Source: Eledone cirrhosa
Lineage: Eukaryota
Direction of reading: 5' to 3'
Assembly: GCA_964016885.1 (NCBI GenBank)
Contig: OZ024741.1
Location: 218,798,001 to 218,862,000, forward strand
DNA length: 64,000 nucleotides
The position numbers and the translations under genes were made by a program. The notes beneath the pieces were generated by a model. The model made no database searches. It saw only the letters and a program-made list of their open reading frames with translations, and was not told the origin of the DNA. Shown piece after piece: positions 12,601 through 25,589 of this stretch (position 1 is its first letter; each line of letters starts with the position of its first letter).

Positions 12601-15600
12601 TAGGGTGTCTCAGTATGTAACAACACTGTCCCAGATGTGGGAGCAGTCCTATATTGTAGGTCTAGGGTGTCTCTGTATGTAACAACACTGTCCCAGATGT
12701 GGGAGCAGTACTGTATTGTGAGTCTAGGGTGTCTCTGTATGTAACAACACTGTCCCAGATGTGGGAGCAGTACTGTATTGTGAGTCTAGGGTGTCTCTGT
12801 ATGTAACAACACTGTCCCAGATGTGGGAGCAGTACTGTATTGTAGGTCTAGGGTGTCTCTGTATGTAACAACACTGTCCTAGATGTGGGAGCAGTACTGT
12901 ATTGTGGTCCTAGGGTGTCTCTGTATGTAACAACACTGTCCCAGATGTGGGAGCAGTACTGTATTGTAGGTCTAGGGTGTCTCAGTATGTAACAACACTG
13001 TCCCAGATGTGGGAGCAGTCCTATATTGTAGGTCTAGGGTGTCTCTGTATGTAACAACACTGTCCCAGATGTGGGAGCAGTACTGTATTGTGAGTCTAGG
13101 GTGTCTCTGTATGTAACAACACTGTCCCAGATGTGGGAGCAGTACTGTATTGTGGGTCTAGGGTGTCTCTGTATGTAACAACACTGTCCTAGATGTGGGA
13201 GCAGTACTGTATTGTGGTCCTAGGGTGTCTCTGTATGTAACAACACTGTCCCAGATGTGGGAGCAGTACTGTATTGTAGGTCTAGGGTGTCTCTGTATGT
13301 AACAACACTGTCCTAGATGTGGGAGCAGTACTGTATTGTGGTCCTAGGGTGTTTCTGTATGTAACAACACTGTCCCAGATGTGGGAGCAGTACTGTATTG
13401 TGGTCCTAGGGTGTCTCTGTATGTAACAACACTGTCCCAGATGTGGGAGCAGTACTGTATTGTGGGTCTAGGGTGTCTCTGTATGTAACAACACTCTCCC
13501 AGATGTGGGAGCAGTACTATATTGTAGGTCTAGGGTGTCTCTGTATGTAACAACACTGTCCCAGATGTGGGAGCAGTACTGTATTGTGGTCCTAGGGTGT
13601 CTCTGTATGTAACAACACTGTCCCAGATGTGGGAGCAGTACTGTATTGTGGGTCTAGGGTGTCTCTGTATGTAACAACACTGTCCCAGATGTGGGGGCAG
13701 TACTGTATTGTAGGTCTAGGGTGTCTCTGTATGTAACAACACTGTCCCAGATGTGGGAGCAGTACTGTATTGTGGGTCTAGGGTGTCTCTGTATGTAACA
13801 ACACTGTCCCAGATGTGGGAGCAGTACTGTATTGTAGGTCTAGGGTGTCTCTGTATGTAACAACACTGTCCTAGATGTGGGAGCAGTACTGTATTGTGGG
13901 TCTAGGGTGTCTCTGTATGTAACAACACTCTCCCAGATGTGGGAGCAGTACTATATTGTAGGTCTAGGGTGTCTCTGTATGTAACAACACTGTCCCAGAT
14001 GTGGGAGCAGTACTGTATTGTGGTCCTAGGGTGTCTCTGTATGTAACAACACTGTCCCAGATGTGGGAGCAGTACTGTATTGTGGGTCTAGGGTGTCTCT
14101 GTATGTAACAACACTGTCCCAGATGTGGGGGCAGTACTGTATTGTAGGTCTAGGGTTTCTCTATGTAACAACACTGTCCCAGATGTAGGAGCAGTACTGT
14201 ATTGTGGTCCTAGGGTGTTTCTGTATGTAACAACACTGTCCCAGATGTGGGAGCTGTACTGTATTGTAGGTCTAGGGTGTCTCAGTATGTAACAACACTG
14301 TCCTAGATGTGGGAGCAGTACTGTATTGTAGGTCTAGGGTGTCTCTGTATGTAACAACACTGTCCCAGATGTGGGAGCAGTACTGTATTGTAGGTCTAGG
14401 GTGTCTCTGTATGTAACAACACTGTCCTAGATGTGGGAGCAGTACTGTATTGTGGTCCTAGGGTGTTTCTGTATGTAACAACACTGTCCCAGATGTGGGA
14501 GCAGTACTGTATTGTGGTCCTAGGGTGTCTCTGTATGTAACAACACTGTCCCAGATGTGGGAGCAGTACTGTATTGTGGGTCTAGGGTGTCTCTGTATGT
14601 AACAACACTCTCCCAGATGTGGGAGCAGTACTATATTGTAGGTCTAGGGTGTCTCTGTATGTAACAACACTGTCCCAGATGTGGGAGCAGTACTGTATTG
14701 TGGTCCTAGGGTGTCTCTGTATGTAACAACACTGTCCCAGATGTGGGAGCAGTACTGTATTGTGGGTCTAGGGTGTCTCTGTATGTAACAACACTGTCCC
14801 AGATGTGGGAGCAGTACTGTATTGTAGGTCTAGGGTGTCTCTGTATATAACAACACTGTCCCAGATGTGGGAGCTGTACTGTATTGTAGGTCTACGGTGT
14901 CTCTGTATGTAACAACACTGTCCCAGATGTGGGAGCAGTACTGTATTGTGGTCCTAGGGTGTCTCAGTATGTAACAACACTGTCCCAGATGTGGGAGCAG
15001 TACTGTATTGTGGTCCTAGGGTGTCTCTGTATGTAACAACACTGTCCCAGATGTGGGAGCAGTACTGTATTGTGGGTCTAGGGTGTCTCTGTATGTAACA
15101 ACACTGTCCCAGATGTGGGAGCAGTACTGTATTGTAGGTCTAGGGTGTCTCTGTATGTAACAACACTGTCCCAGATGTGGGAGCAGTACTGTATTGTGGG
15201 TCTAGGGTGTCTCTGTATGTAACAACACTGTCCCAGATGTGGGAGCAGTACTGTATTGTAGGTCTAGGGTGTCTCTGTATGTAACAACACTGTCCTAGAT
15301 GTGGGAGCAGTACTGTATTGTAGGTCTAGGGTGTCTCTGTATGTAACAACACTGTCCCAGATGTAGGAGCAGTACTGGATTGTGGGTCTAGGGTGTCTCT
15401 GTATGTAACAACACTGTCCCAGATGTGGGAGCAGTACTGGATTGTGAGTCTATGGTGTCTCTGTATGTAACAACACTGTCCCAGGTGTGGGGGCAGTACT
15501 GTATTGTGGTCCTAGGGTGTCTCTGTATGTAACAACACTGTCCCAGATGTGGGAGCAGTACTGTATTGTAGGTCTAGGGTGTCTCTGTATGTAACAACAC

Positions 15601-17930
15601 TGTCCCAGATGTGGGAGCAGTACTATATTGTAGGTCTAGGGTGTCTCTGTATGTAACAACACTGTCCCAGATGTGGGAGCAGTACAGTATTGTACGTCTA
15701 GGATGTCTCAGTATGTAACAATACTGTCCCAGATGTGGGAGCAGTACTGTATTGTGGTCCTAGGGTGTCTCTGTATGTAACAACACTGTCCCAGATGTGG
15801 GAGCTGTACTGTATTGTAGGTCTAGGGTTTCTCTATGTAACAACACTGTCCCAGATGTGGGAGCAGTACTGTATTGTAGGTCTAGGGTGTCTCAGTATGT
15901 AACAACACTGTCCCAGATGTGGGAGCAATACTGTATTGTAGGTCTAGGGTGTCTCTGTATGTAACAACACTGTCCCAGATGTGGGAGCAGTACTGTATTG
16001 TAGGTCTAGGGTGTCTCAGTATGTAACAACACTGTCCCAGATGTGGGAGCAGTACTGTATTGTGGTCCTAGGGTGTCTCAGTATGTAACAACACTGTCCC
16101 AGATGTGGGGGCAGTACTGTATTGTGGTCCTAGGGTGTCTCTGTATGTAACAACACTGTCCCAGATGTGGGAGCAGTACTGTATTGTAGGTCTAGGGTGT
16201 CTCTGTATGTAACAACACTGTCCTAGATGTGGGAGCAGTACTGTATTGTAGGTCTAGGGTGTCTCTGTATGTAACAACACTGTCCCAGGTGTGGGGGCAG
16301 TACTGTATTGTGGTCCTAGGGTGTCTCTGTATGTAACAACACTGTCCCAGATGCGGGAGCAGTACTGTATTGTGGTCCTAGGGTGTCTCTGTATGTAACA
16401 ACACTGTCCCAGATGTGGGAGCAGTACTATATTGTAGGTCTAGGGTGTCTCAGTATGTAACAACACTGTCCTAGATGTGGGAGCAGTACTGTATTGTGGT
16501 CCTAGGGTGTCTCTGTATGTAACAACACTGTCCCAGATGCGGGAGCAGTACTGTATTGTAGGTCTAGGGTGTCTCTGTATGTAACAACACTGTCCCAGAT
16601 GCGGGAGCAGTACTATATTGTAGGTCTAGGGTGTCTCAGTATGTAACAACACTGTCCCAGATGTGGAAGCAGTACTGTATTGTAGGTCTAGGGTGTCTCT
16701 GTATGTAACAACACTGTCCCAGATGTGGGGGCAGTACTGTATTGTGGTCCTAGGGTGTCTCTGTATGTAACAACACTGTCCCAGATGTGGGAGCAGTACT
16801 GTATTGTAGGTCTAGGGTGTCTCAGTATGTAACAACACTGTCCCAGATGCGGGAGCAGTACTGTATTGTAGGTCTAGGGTGTCTCTGTATGTAACAACAC
16901 TGTCCCAGATGTGGGGGCAGTACTGTATTGTGGTCCTAGGGTGTCTCTGTATGTAACAACACTGTCCCAGATGTGGGAGCAGTATTGTATTGTGGGTCTA
17001 GGGTGTCTCTGTATGTAACAACACTGTCCCAGATGCGGGAGCAGTACTGTATTGTAGGTCTAGGGTGTCTCTGTATGTAACAACACTGTCCCAGATGTGG
17101 GGGCAGTACTGTATTGTGGTCCTAGGGTGTCTCTGTATGTAACAACACTGTCCCAGATGCGGGAGCAGTACTGTATTGTAGGTCTAGGGTGTCTCTGTAT
17201 GTAACAACACTGTCCCAGATGTGGGAGCAGTACTATATTGTAGGTCTAGGGTGTCTCTGTATGTAACAACACTGTCCCAGATGTGGGAGCAGTACTGTAT
17301 TGTGGTCCTAGGGTGTCTCTGTATATAACAACACTGTCCCAGATGTGGGAGCAATACTGTATTGTAGGTCTAGGGTGTCTCTGTATGTAACAACACTGTC
17401 CCAGATGTGGGAGCAGTACTGTATTGTAGGTCTAGGGTGTCTCTGTAATTAACAACACTGTCCCAGATGTGGGAGCAGTACTGTATTGTGGGTCTAGGGT
17501 GTCTCTGTATGTAACAACACTGTCCCAGATGTGGGAGCAGTACTGTATTGTAGGTCTAGGGTGTCTCTGTATGTAACAACACTGTTCCACATGTGGGAGC
17601 AGTACCGTATTGTAGGTCTAGGGTGTCTCTGTAATTAACAACACTGTCCCAGATGTGGGAGCAGTACTGTATTGTAGGTCTAGGGTTTCTCTGTATGTAA
17701 CAACACTGTCCCAGATGTGGGAGCAGTACTGTATTGTAGGTCTAGGGTGTCTCTGTATGTAACAACACTGTTCCACATGTGGGAGCAGTACCGTATTGTA
17801 GGTCTAGGGTGTCTCTGTAATTAACAACACTGTCCCAGATGTGGGAGCAGTACTGTATTGTAGGTCTAGTGTTTCTCTGTATGTAACAACACTGATCCAG
17901 ATGTGGGAGCAGTACTCCAATGTGGGACTA
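6664..17930. repeat. 62-bp satellite array, ~180 copies, 11.3 kb
   Basis: Unit tatgtaacaacactgtcccagatgtgggagcagtactgtattgtgggtctagggtgtctctg; period 62 (6726 to 6788). Confidence 0.99.
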
Positions 17931-18037
17931 AGATGCCTGTGTGTGTGTAACAGTAACAATGTCCCAGATTTCCAATACAATCTTTAGTAACTTAACAGTA
18001 CGTGTTCACAGAAACCCTCAAGACAAAGGTATATATT

Positions 18038-18432
18038 ACCAATACAGTATTTACTAAGTTAACGATGTGTTTACAGACAGAGTCACCCAAAAGAAATGCC
18101 AGTCTTCCCAATACAGTATTTACTAAGTTAAGATTGTATGTTTACAGGCAGAGTCACCCAAGAGAAAAGTCAGTCTTCCCAATACAGTATTTACTAAGTT
18201 AAGATTGTATGTTTACAGGCAGAGTCACCCAAGAGAAAAGTCAGTCTTCCCAATACAGTATTTACTAAGTTAAGAGTGTGTGTTTACAGGCAGAGTCACC
18301 CAAGAGAAAAGTCAGTCTTCCCAATACAGTATTTACTAAGTTAAGATTGTATGTTTACAGACAGTCACCCAAGAGAAAAGCCAGTCTTCCCAATACAGTA
18401 TTTACTACGTTAAGAGTGTGTGTTTACAGGCA
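18038..18432. repeat. 71-bp tandem repeat, ~5.5 copies
   Basis: aatacagtatttactaag at 18110, 18181 and 18252. Confidence 0.95.
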
Positions 18433-18600
18433 GAGATTCTCAGTGACATTGAAGCCTACAAATTTGAAGCAAAAGCAAAGGTTCTATCTGGGTCCTGTTT
18501 ATGTTTAGGTTTGGGAGATAGAATCACGCTGTCTTGATAACATGTAGTGATTGTTGGAAGAGGTGGAATGGAGGGGATTGTGGGTTTTTTTTCTTGCTGC

Positions 18601-18848
18601 TTAACCTTTTAGCATTTACATTACTTTATATATACTATTGTAATTTTGTGGTTAAGGCTTTATCTCACATAATATTTCACATAATATCGAATCTATGGGA
18701 TTTTGATGTCATTTATTTTGAGAACAATACGTTAATATCAGTATGAGCTGATGTTAACATATTGTTCTCAACCAGTTACGGCTGATTTGAACAGAAAGAA
18801 GTGATTGAATTCTGGTCGATATGGCCGTTTTAAATGCTAAAGGGTTAA
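18601..18848. mobile_element. piggyBac-type MITE
   Basis: TTAA-ccttttagcattta ... taaatgctaaaggg-TTAA terminal inverted repeats with TTAA target. Confidence 0.75.
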
Positions 18849-19435
18849 CATGAACAAGATAGGCATGACCCCTATTCAAGAATATTTGTGAGGGTTCTGC
18901 AAATGGAGTAGGTGCAGATTTGATGTGAGATGTCTAGGCTGCATGTATAACATGCCTGGGTGCAGAAGTTTGGGGAGGGAGGAAGGAAGGTGAGGGGGTA
19001 GGTATCATTGGAATGGGGTTGTGTAGAGGATGTTGTTAAGAACTGACTACAAATATGTCACTGATATATAGAAGAGCGTATGTATACACGTGTGTGTGTG
19101 TGTGTGGTTAGCACGGGTATGTTGTTTGGGTGCAGGAAGTTGGGAAGGAAAGAAGAGGGGCATCATCTATGTAGGAGAGGGTGTCGTTGGAGGTGACAGC
19201 AAATATGTCGATGATATATAAGAGGTGGGAGAGACATTTGGCACCAAGAATTTTTAGCAAGAAAATGTGGTTTTTATTCTACATAACTAACCTTTACAGC
19301 ACACCACAACCAAACACTCCCCCACCCCTCTCTCACAATTTCTTTTGTTCTCTCTTTTTCTCTTTCCCTCTATCTCTCTATCTCTCTATCTCTCTATCTC
19401 TCTATCTCTCTCTCTCTCTCTCTCTCATATACACA

Positions 19436-19475
<40 letters not shown>

Positions 19476-19479
<4 letters not shown>

Positions 19480-19804
19480 AATGAGTTATTTGGTTTGTTG
19501 ATTATTCAACAAAGTTAATTTATAACAGATTAGAAGCACTCAATGGATTTATCCGGAGTATAATTAATATCAATAATATTAATAAAGGGAAAATATCTTT
19601 ATAAAACCATATTTATTTTATTATATATATTTCAAGGGTACCAATATTTAAGTACGCTTTCGTCAGATGAAATACAAGACTTGGTTTAAAGATAGTGACA
19701 TATCTTCATGTGAATTTTATGTTATAAGTTCTGGTACCCTTGAAATATATATAATAAAATAAATATGGTTTTATAAAGATATTTCCCATTTAATAATATT
19801 ATTG

Positions 19805-19808
<4 letters not shown>
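19476..19808. mobile_element. Fold-back remnant (Penelope-like) between (TA)n tracts
   Basis: ~77-bp inverted arms at 19566-19643 and 19732-19808; the spacer has a collapsed hammerhead-like CTGA-CGAAAG-cgta-CTTA on the minus strand. Confidence 0.5.
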
Positions 19809-19845
<37 letters not shown>

Positions 19846-19856
19846 CTATACAAGCC

Positions 19857-20981
19857 ATGTATAAAGAAACAGTCAGCAAGGTTAGAATTAACAACGAATA
19901 TAGTGAAGAGTTTAGCGTAAAAGTTGGCGTCCATCAGGGCTCTGTTCTCAGCCCCCTACTATTTATTATTGCCCTCCAGGCTATAACAGTGGAGTTCAAG
20001 ACCGGCTGCCCATGGGAACTCCTATACGCAGACGATCTAACGCTCATAGCTGAATCAATGGCCGAGCTAGAGAAGAAATTCCAAACATGGAAGCACGGCC
20101 TAGAATCAAAAGGCCTTAAAATTAACCTGGCTAAGACTAAAGTTCTAGTTTGTAAGAAAGAAAATAAGGCGGCGGTCCCCTCCGGGAAGTGGCCATGCGC
20201 AGAGTGTAGGAAAGGCGTAGGTAGAAATTCCATTTTGTGTCCCAAATGCAAAGTTTGGATGCATAAAAGATGTAGTGGGATCACAGGTAAGCTAACTAAG
20301 AACATAGATTTTACATGTGGCCGGTGTTCTGGGGCAATAAGTAGCAGCAAGTGCCCACAAAATACTAGCTCTTTCAACTGCGCAGAGGGTTCTATAGAAA
20401 TAGTGGACAGCTTCCGTTACCTGGGTGACAAAATCAGCAGTGGGGGAGGGTGCTCTGAAAGTACAGTAGCTAGAGTCAGAACTGGGTGGAAAAAGTTCAG
20501 AGAGCTTATACCACTATTAGCCGCTAAAGGGTTCTCCCTAAAAATGAAAGGCAGGCTGTACGATGCCTGCATACGAACAGCAATGTTGCATGGCAGTGAG
20601 ACCTGGGCATTGTGTGCAGAGGATATACGCAGACTAGAGAGAAACGAAGCTTGCATGCTCCGCTGGATGTGTAATAGTAATATACGTGAACGACAAAGCA
20701 TAAACGAACTAAGGAAAAAATTAGAAATAAGAGGGATCAGATGTTGTTTACTAGAGAGAAGGCTACGTTGGTATGGTCACATGATGCGCATGAAGGACGA
20801 TAGCTGTATAACAAAGTGCAGGGCAATAAAGATAGATGGTAGCCACGGAATAGGCAGACCCAGAAAAACCTGGGACGAGCTGATAAACTCCGACCTCACA
20901 CACTTACACCTCACCAAGACAATGTCACTGGACCGAGACCTTTGGCGGTACTCAGTAATAGAGAAGACCCGCCTTACCTAA
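19857..20981 (+). CDS. 5'-truncated RTE-clade LINE ORF: RT C-terminal half, PHD-like finger and C-terminal domain
   Basis: GVHQGSVLSPLLF, LLYADD, WPCAECRKGVGRNSILCPKCKVWMHKRC..CGRC, RRLRWYGH; uninterrupted 374 aa. Confidence 0.9.
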   Translation: MYKETVSKVRINNEYSEEFSVKVGVHQGSVLSPLLFIIALQAITVEFKTGCPWELLYADDLTLIAESMAELEKKFQTWKHGLESKGLKINLAKTKVLVCKKENKAAVPSGKWPCAECRKGVGRNSILCPKCKVWMHKRCSGITGKLTKNIDFTCGRCSGAISSSKCPQNTSSFNCAEGSIEIVDSFRYLGDKISSGGGCSESTVARVRTGWKKFRELIPLLAAKGFSLKMKGRLYDACIRTAMLHGSETWALCAEDIRRLERNEACMLRWMCNSNIRERQSINELRKKLEIRGIRCCLLERRLRWYGHMMRMKDDSCITKCRAIKIDGSHGIGRPRKTWDELINSDLTHLHLTKTMSLDRDLWRYSVIEKTRLT

Positions 20982-21231
20982 ATACAAAGTAAAACCTACT
21001 ACAGTCAGTAGGCATCTCTCACAAAATACCCCCCCCCCCCATCCACACCACCCCCTTCTATGTAAAGTTATGTTGGTGCCACACCATCCAGGCCGAAACA
21101 AATGAGATCGTGTAGGTGTCTCGACAAAAAAACACACAGTCCACGCTGTAATGTGGCCGTGTAGGCAACACGGTAAAAACCTCCCAGTCCCACACTGTAA
21201 ATGTGGTTGGTGTTAGGAAGGGCATCCAGTG

Positions 21232-21573
21232 GAGGCACATGGCTTAGTGGTTAGAGCATTGGCCTTGCAATCAAAAGGTTGTGAGTTCAATTCTCAGACC
21301 GGGTGATGTGTTGTTTCCTTGAGCAAGGCACTTTATTTCACATTGCTCCAGTTTACTCAGCTGTAGAAATGAGATGATAGGGACTGGGGTCCCTATCATT
21401 CCACTGTAAAGTGGTCGTGGAGGTGCCACGGCAAAAAAGCACCCAGCACTCACTGTAAATGAGGTTGGTGTTAGGAAGGGCATCCAGCTGTAGAAATCAA
21501 GCCAGAATCAGTTCCCGTCCCACCCTTGCAAGCAGGGAAAAGTGGACGTAAAATGAGATGATGATGATGATGA
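21232..21573 (+). mobile_element. tRNA-derived SINE family B nested in the LINE 3' UTR
   Basis: A-box tggcttagtgg, B-box gagttcaattctc, RTE-like 3' end with (GAT)n; atccag is repeated at both flanks. Confidence 0.88.
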
Positions 21574-22009
21574 TCCAGCTGTAGAAAACCCGCCAGATAG
21601 TCCTATGCGAGCAAGACAATCACTCTTGCCTCAAGTGGGAATACCCCCGTCCAAACCCATGCAAGCGTGGAACACGGACGTTAAACGTTGATGATGATGA
21701 TGATGATGATATATATATTACATATATATATAAGTACCCTGTCTTCTTGTAGGGTGGACATGTTGATGATACAACAGAAAAACACCCAGACCACCCTGTT
21801 AGATGGTTGCTTTAGTACTACAATAAAAAGCATCCAGTTCACATTGTAAATGTGGTTGGTGTTAGGAAGGACATCCAGCTATAGAAACCAAGCCAAAATA
21901 CAGATCTTAATGAACAAGCAGTGGGGCACCTGACCTAAGTTGTCTATCCTGTAACAACCCATCCAACCCATGCAAGCATGTAAAAATAGACCTTAAACAA
22001 TGATGATGT

Positions 22010-22040
<31 letters not shown>

Positions 22041-22595
22041 TCACATGTATGTAAATAACAACCTAAATGTATCTCACATCCTACATCTGTATATGTCCTA
22101 CATATATATATATATATTGTTCCATGTGTATATATAACAAATGATATGTTTATACATACTGTCCCAGATGTATATAATATATATAACATCAAAGTAACAT
22201 GTTACATGGCCACATTCCGACATTAAGTTCTCTTAGAAACACCTTTCTAAATGTCAATGACACAGAGATCAGATATATCATGACCTTGACCTTCAACATG
22301 ACCTTCACCCTTCTGTTCTACCAGAAAAGTAAAAGGAAATTATAATTTAAAAAAAAAAACTCTCAAAAGCATAAAGGCCCAGCAACACCACAAACTTACA
22401 CCTGAAGAAATTCTTACTAAAAATAGCAGCCAAATCTCCCTCAAATTGAACCCCACTGTCATAAAATATGCAAGAACACATTAGAGAATGTAGCCCTAGA
22501 TTTGTTTAAACCAACTAACACATTTGATGACAAAACCACCTCCCTGGGCCTATATTACAAATTCTAGATTATTTTTAAAATTATGTGAAAACCCT

Positions 22596-23067
22596 AGACA
22601 GCGTCCTTCATTAGAAATATGGTAATGGAAGGGTTAAAGACATAGACAGTGTCTTTCATTAGAAATATGGTAATGAAAGGGTTAAAGACATAGACAGTGT
22701 CTTTCATTAGAAATATGGTAATGGAAGGGTTAAAGACATAGGCAGTGTCTTTCATTAGAAATATGGTAATGAAAGGGTTAAAGACATAGACAGTGTCTTT
22801 CATTAGAAATATGGTAATGAAAGGGTTAAAGACAGACAGTGTCTTTCATTAGAAATATGGTAATGAAAGGGTTAAAGACATAGACAGTGTCTTTCATTAG
22901 AAATATGGTAATGAAAGGGTTAAAGACATAGACAGTGTCTTTCATTAGAAATATGGTAATGAAAGGGTTAAAGACATAGGCAGTGTCTTTCATTAGAAAT
23001 ATGGTAATGAAAGAGTTAAAGACATAGACAGTGTCTTTCATTAGAAATATGGTAATGGAAGGGTTAC
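22596..23067. repeat. 48-bp tandem repeat, ~10 copies, containing a TTAA-MITE terminus
   Basis: Unit agacagtgtctttcattagaaatatggtaatgaaagggttaaagacat. Confidence 0.95.
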
Positions 23068-23639
23068 CCAGGAAGAATGACAGTGGCCATTTCCTAATAT
23101 ACTTTTGTTTTACTTCTATGTACAGTAGGTTTATACTTCTGAACATAAACTCTATTTATCTCTGCTATGGTATTGAGTACTCATTCCTGTATTTACACCA
23201 AGAAGTTGGTGTACATATATAATTCCTAGTTCTGTACTTCCATGTACAGTACGTATGTTTATATTCCTGAATGTAACAATATGTATTTGGTGTTGTTTGG
23301 TGTTGTTGGTAAAAAATAAGATATTGGGTGGGAGAGGGTTTGATAGGTAGGTTATAGAGTTGTATGTGCTGTCCATGCTTAATGTGTGTGTGGTGGTGGG
23401 GCTACAATAATGTCAGACTTTATCCATCCAATGATTGTGGTTTTCTGTTGCTGAGGTATACCAGAGTGACATGATGCTCCCCCTCTCCTCTCCCTCTCTA
23501 TTCCATTGGAGGATGTTTTCTGGGTCTCTGTTCATGGAGTTAGGGCGTTTTTTTTATGAGAGGTGCCTAAACTACAGGTGGAGGATGCTTGGGGTGGAAG
23601 GGTTATAGAGAAACAAAGGGTGGCAATACTGTTATTACG

Positions 23640-23980
23640 AAGGCATATAACTTAGTGGGCAAAGTTTGGATTTACAATTGCGAAGTTATGAGTTCAATAT
23701 CCAAACCAAGCAATGCATTGTGTCCTTGAGCAAGACACTTTATTTCACATTGCTGCAGTTCACTCCACTGGAGAAATGAGTTGCAATGTCTCTGGTGACT
23801 TTACCCTCAACAACATCAGTGGTGTAATGAGGTGTGACTGGCAAGCATGGGCAACTAGTCTTCCACAAAAAACACTTTGCCCAGACTTGTGCCTTGGAGG
23901 GAGCCTTCTAGGTGGGAAACCCATGATCATTCATGATCAAAAATGGATCTTAAGATCATTGATCACCAACGAAACCATTT
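23640..23980 (+). mobile_element. Older tRNA-derived SINE related to family B
   Basis: cttagtgg...gagttcaat...tgtgtccttgagcaagacactttatttcacattgct. Confidence 0.65.
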
Positions 23981-23997
23981 ATTACTATTATTATCAA

Positions 23998-24184
23998 GGG
24001 GTGGTGGATTGGCTGTGTCAGTAGACACCATGCTTTTATGCATAGAGTTACGGCCCTTGCCATTCTGAGTTCAAATCCCGCCGAGGTTAACTTTGCCTGT
24101 CATCCTTACGGGGTCGATAAAATAAAGTACCAGTAATGCACTGGGTATTTGCTGGCCTTGTGCCAAAAGAAGAAACAATTATTA
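23998..24184 (+). mobile_element. SINE family A copy
   Basis: ctgagttcaaatcccgccgaggttaactttgcc...gccttgtgccaaaagaagaaacaattatt. Confidence 0.85.
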
Positions 24185-24776
24185 TCTGTGTTGGAGTTGG
24201 GCATTGTCAGAGATGACAGCAAGTAAGTCATTGATATATAGCAATAAGTGTGAGGGACAAAACCAAACCTTGGAGTACACAACAGTTGATGGAATGTTGG
24301 TCAGAGAGTAAATATATTTAAAGTCTGTTTGAAGTCAAATATATTGATAGTTAATCCTTCATGACCACATTTCTAATGAAATACATACCATTACTATTAA
24401 TTAATCACTTTGAGCGACTTACTAAAATGATTAATTATAACAGTAGCTTAACATGGTTTTTATATGAAATTATGTTGGAAGATTTTGATTTAAATAGGAA
24501 CACTTTTAAATGGATGTACCAGTCAATCTGTCTTATTTTTAGGTAGCTGCAATCAAGATAGCAACGGTTGAGACAATTCTACAGGTGGGAGCCATGGACA
24601 TTAACAGAAATCTCACAAAGAAGATCAATCGTGTTTACAGGAAATGAGTATTCCAACTGTTCAATCAATGGAACAGTCTGCTCATAAAATTAATGTGTAA
24701 GTGGCTGAGCATTCCACAGACATGTGTACTCTTATCGTAATTCTGAAGGCAATTTATGGTGACACGATATGGGATA

Positions 24777-25412
24777 TGGCTGGCACATTGAGCTACAGAT
24801 GAACAGATGTACCCTTAATGTAATTCATTGCGATATGTTTGGCACTTTGAGTTACAGATATACAGATGTACCTTTAATGTGATTCAGTGCGATATTGCTG
24901 GCACTTTGAGCTATAGATGTACAGATGTACCCCTAATGTAACTGAGTGTGACACAGCTAGCACTTTGAGCTATAGATGTACAGATGTACCCTTCATGTGA
25001 TTCAGTGTGACACGTTTGGCACATTGAGCTACAGATGTACAGATGCACCCTTAATGTAATTCAGTGTGATATTGCTGGCACTTTGAGCTACAGATGTACA
25101 GATGTGCCCCTAATATAATTGAGTGTGACACAGCTGGCACTTTGAGCTACAGATGTACAGATGTACCTTTCATGTAATTCAGTGTGACATAGCTGGGACT
25201 TTGAGCTACAGATGTACAGATGTATCCTTAATGTGATTCAGTGTGACACAGCTGGCACTTTGAGCTACAGATGTACAGATGTATCCTTAATGTAACTCTG
25301 TATGACATGGCTGGCACATTGGGCTACAGATGTGCAGATGTACCCTTAATGTAATTCAGTGTGAGACATTATCTGACATGGCTGGCACTTTGAGCTACAG
25401 ATGTACAGATGC
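24777..25412. repeat. ~59-bp tandem repeat, ~11 diverged copies
   Basis: Unit gctggcactttgagctacagatgtacagatgtacccttaatgtaattcagtgtgacaca; related to the dispersed repeat at 24690-24780 and 28850-29130. Confidence 0.9.
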
Positions 25413-25589
25413 AGTCTTTCTGATGGGGGGTGGGGTCTTCCAAACAGTTTCCGTCTAACCAATGTCACTCACAAGACATGGGCTCAACCCAAGGCTATGG
25501 TAAATGACACTTATCTAAGACACCATGAGGTGGGATTGAACCTGAGAGCAAAAGATTGTGAAGAGAATTTCTTAACCATTTGACTATGA

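Larger units (their letters stand above)
19845..21710 (+). mobile_element. RTE-clade LINE copy, 5'-truncated, with 3' UTR and (GAT)n tail
   Basis: ORF above; the UTR resumes after a SINE insertion and ends ggacgttaaacg-(GAT)n. Confidence 0.9.

Noticed and set aside
6664-17930. CRISPR-like array (hairpin-containing repeats)
   Set aside because: Units are contiguous with no unique spacers, there are no cas genes, and the context is eukaryotic
21232-21310. tRNA gene
   Set aside because: The A/B-box head continues into a SINE body and tail, and there are several diverged copies
23068-23266. Additional minus-strand exons
   Set aside because: The two candidates resemble each other like a degenerate local repeat, and one donor comes from the minisatellite end
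24543-24647. Plus-strand exon VAAIKIATVETILQ
   Set aside because: Good acceptor but no supporting partner exons or recognisable homology
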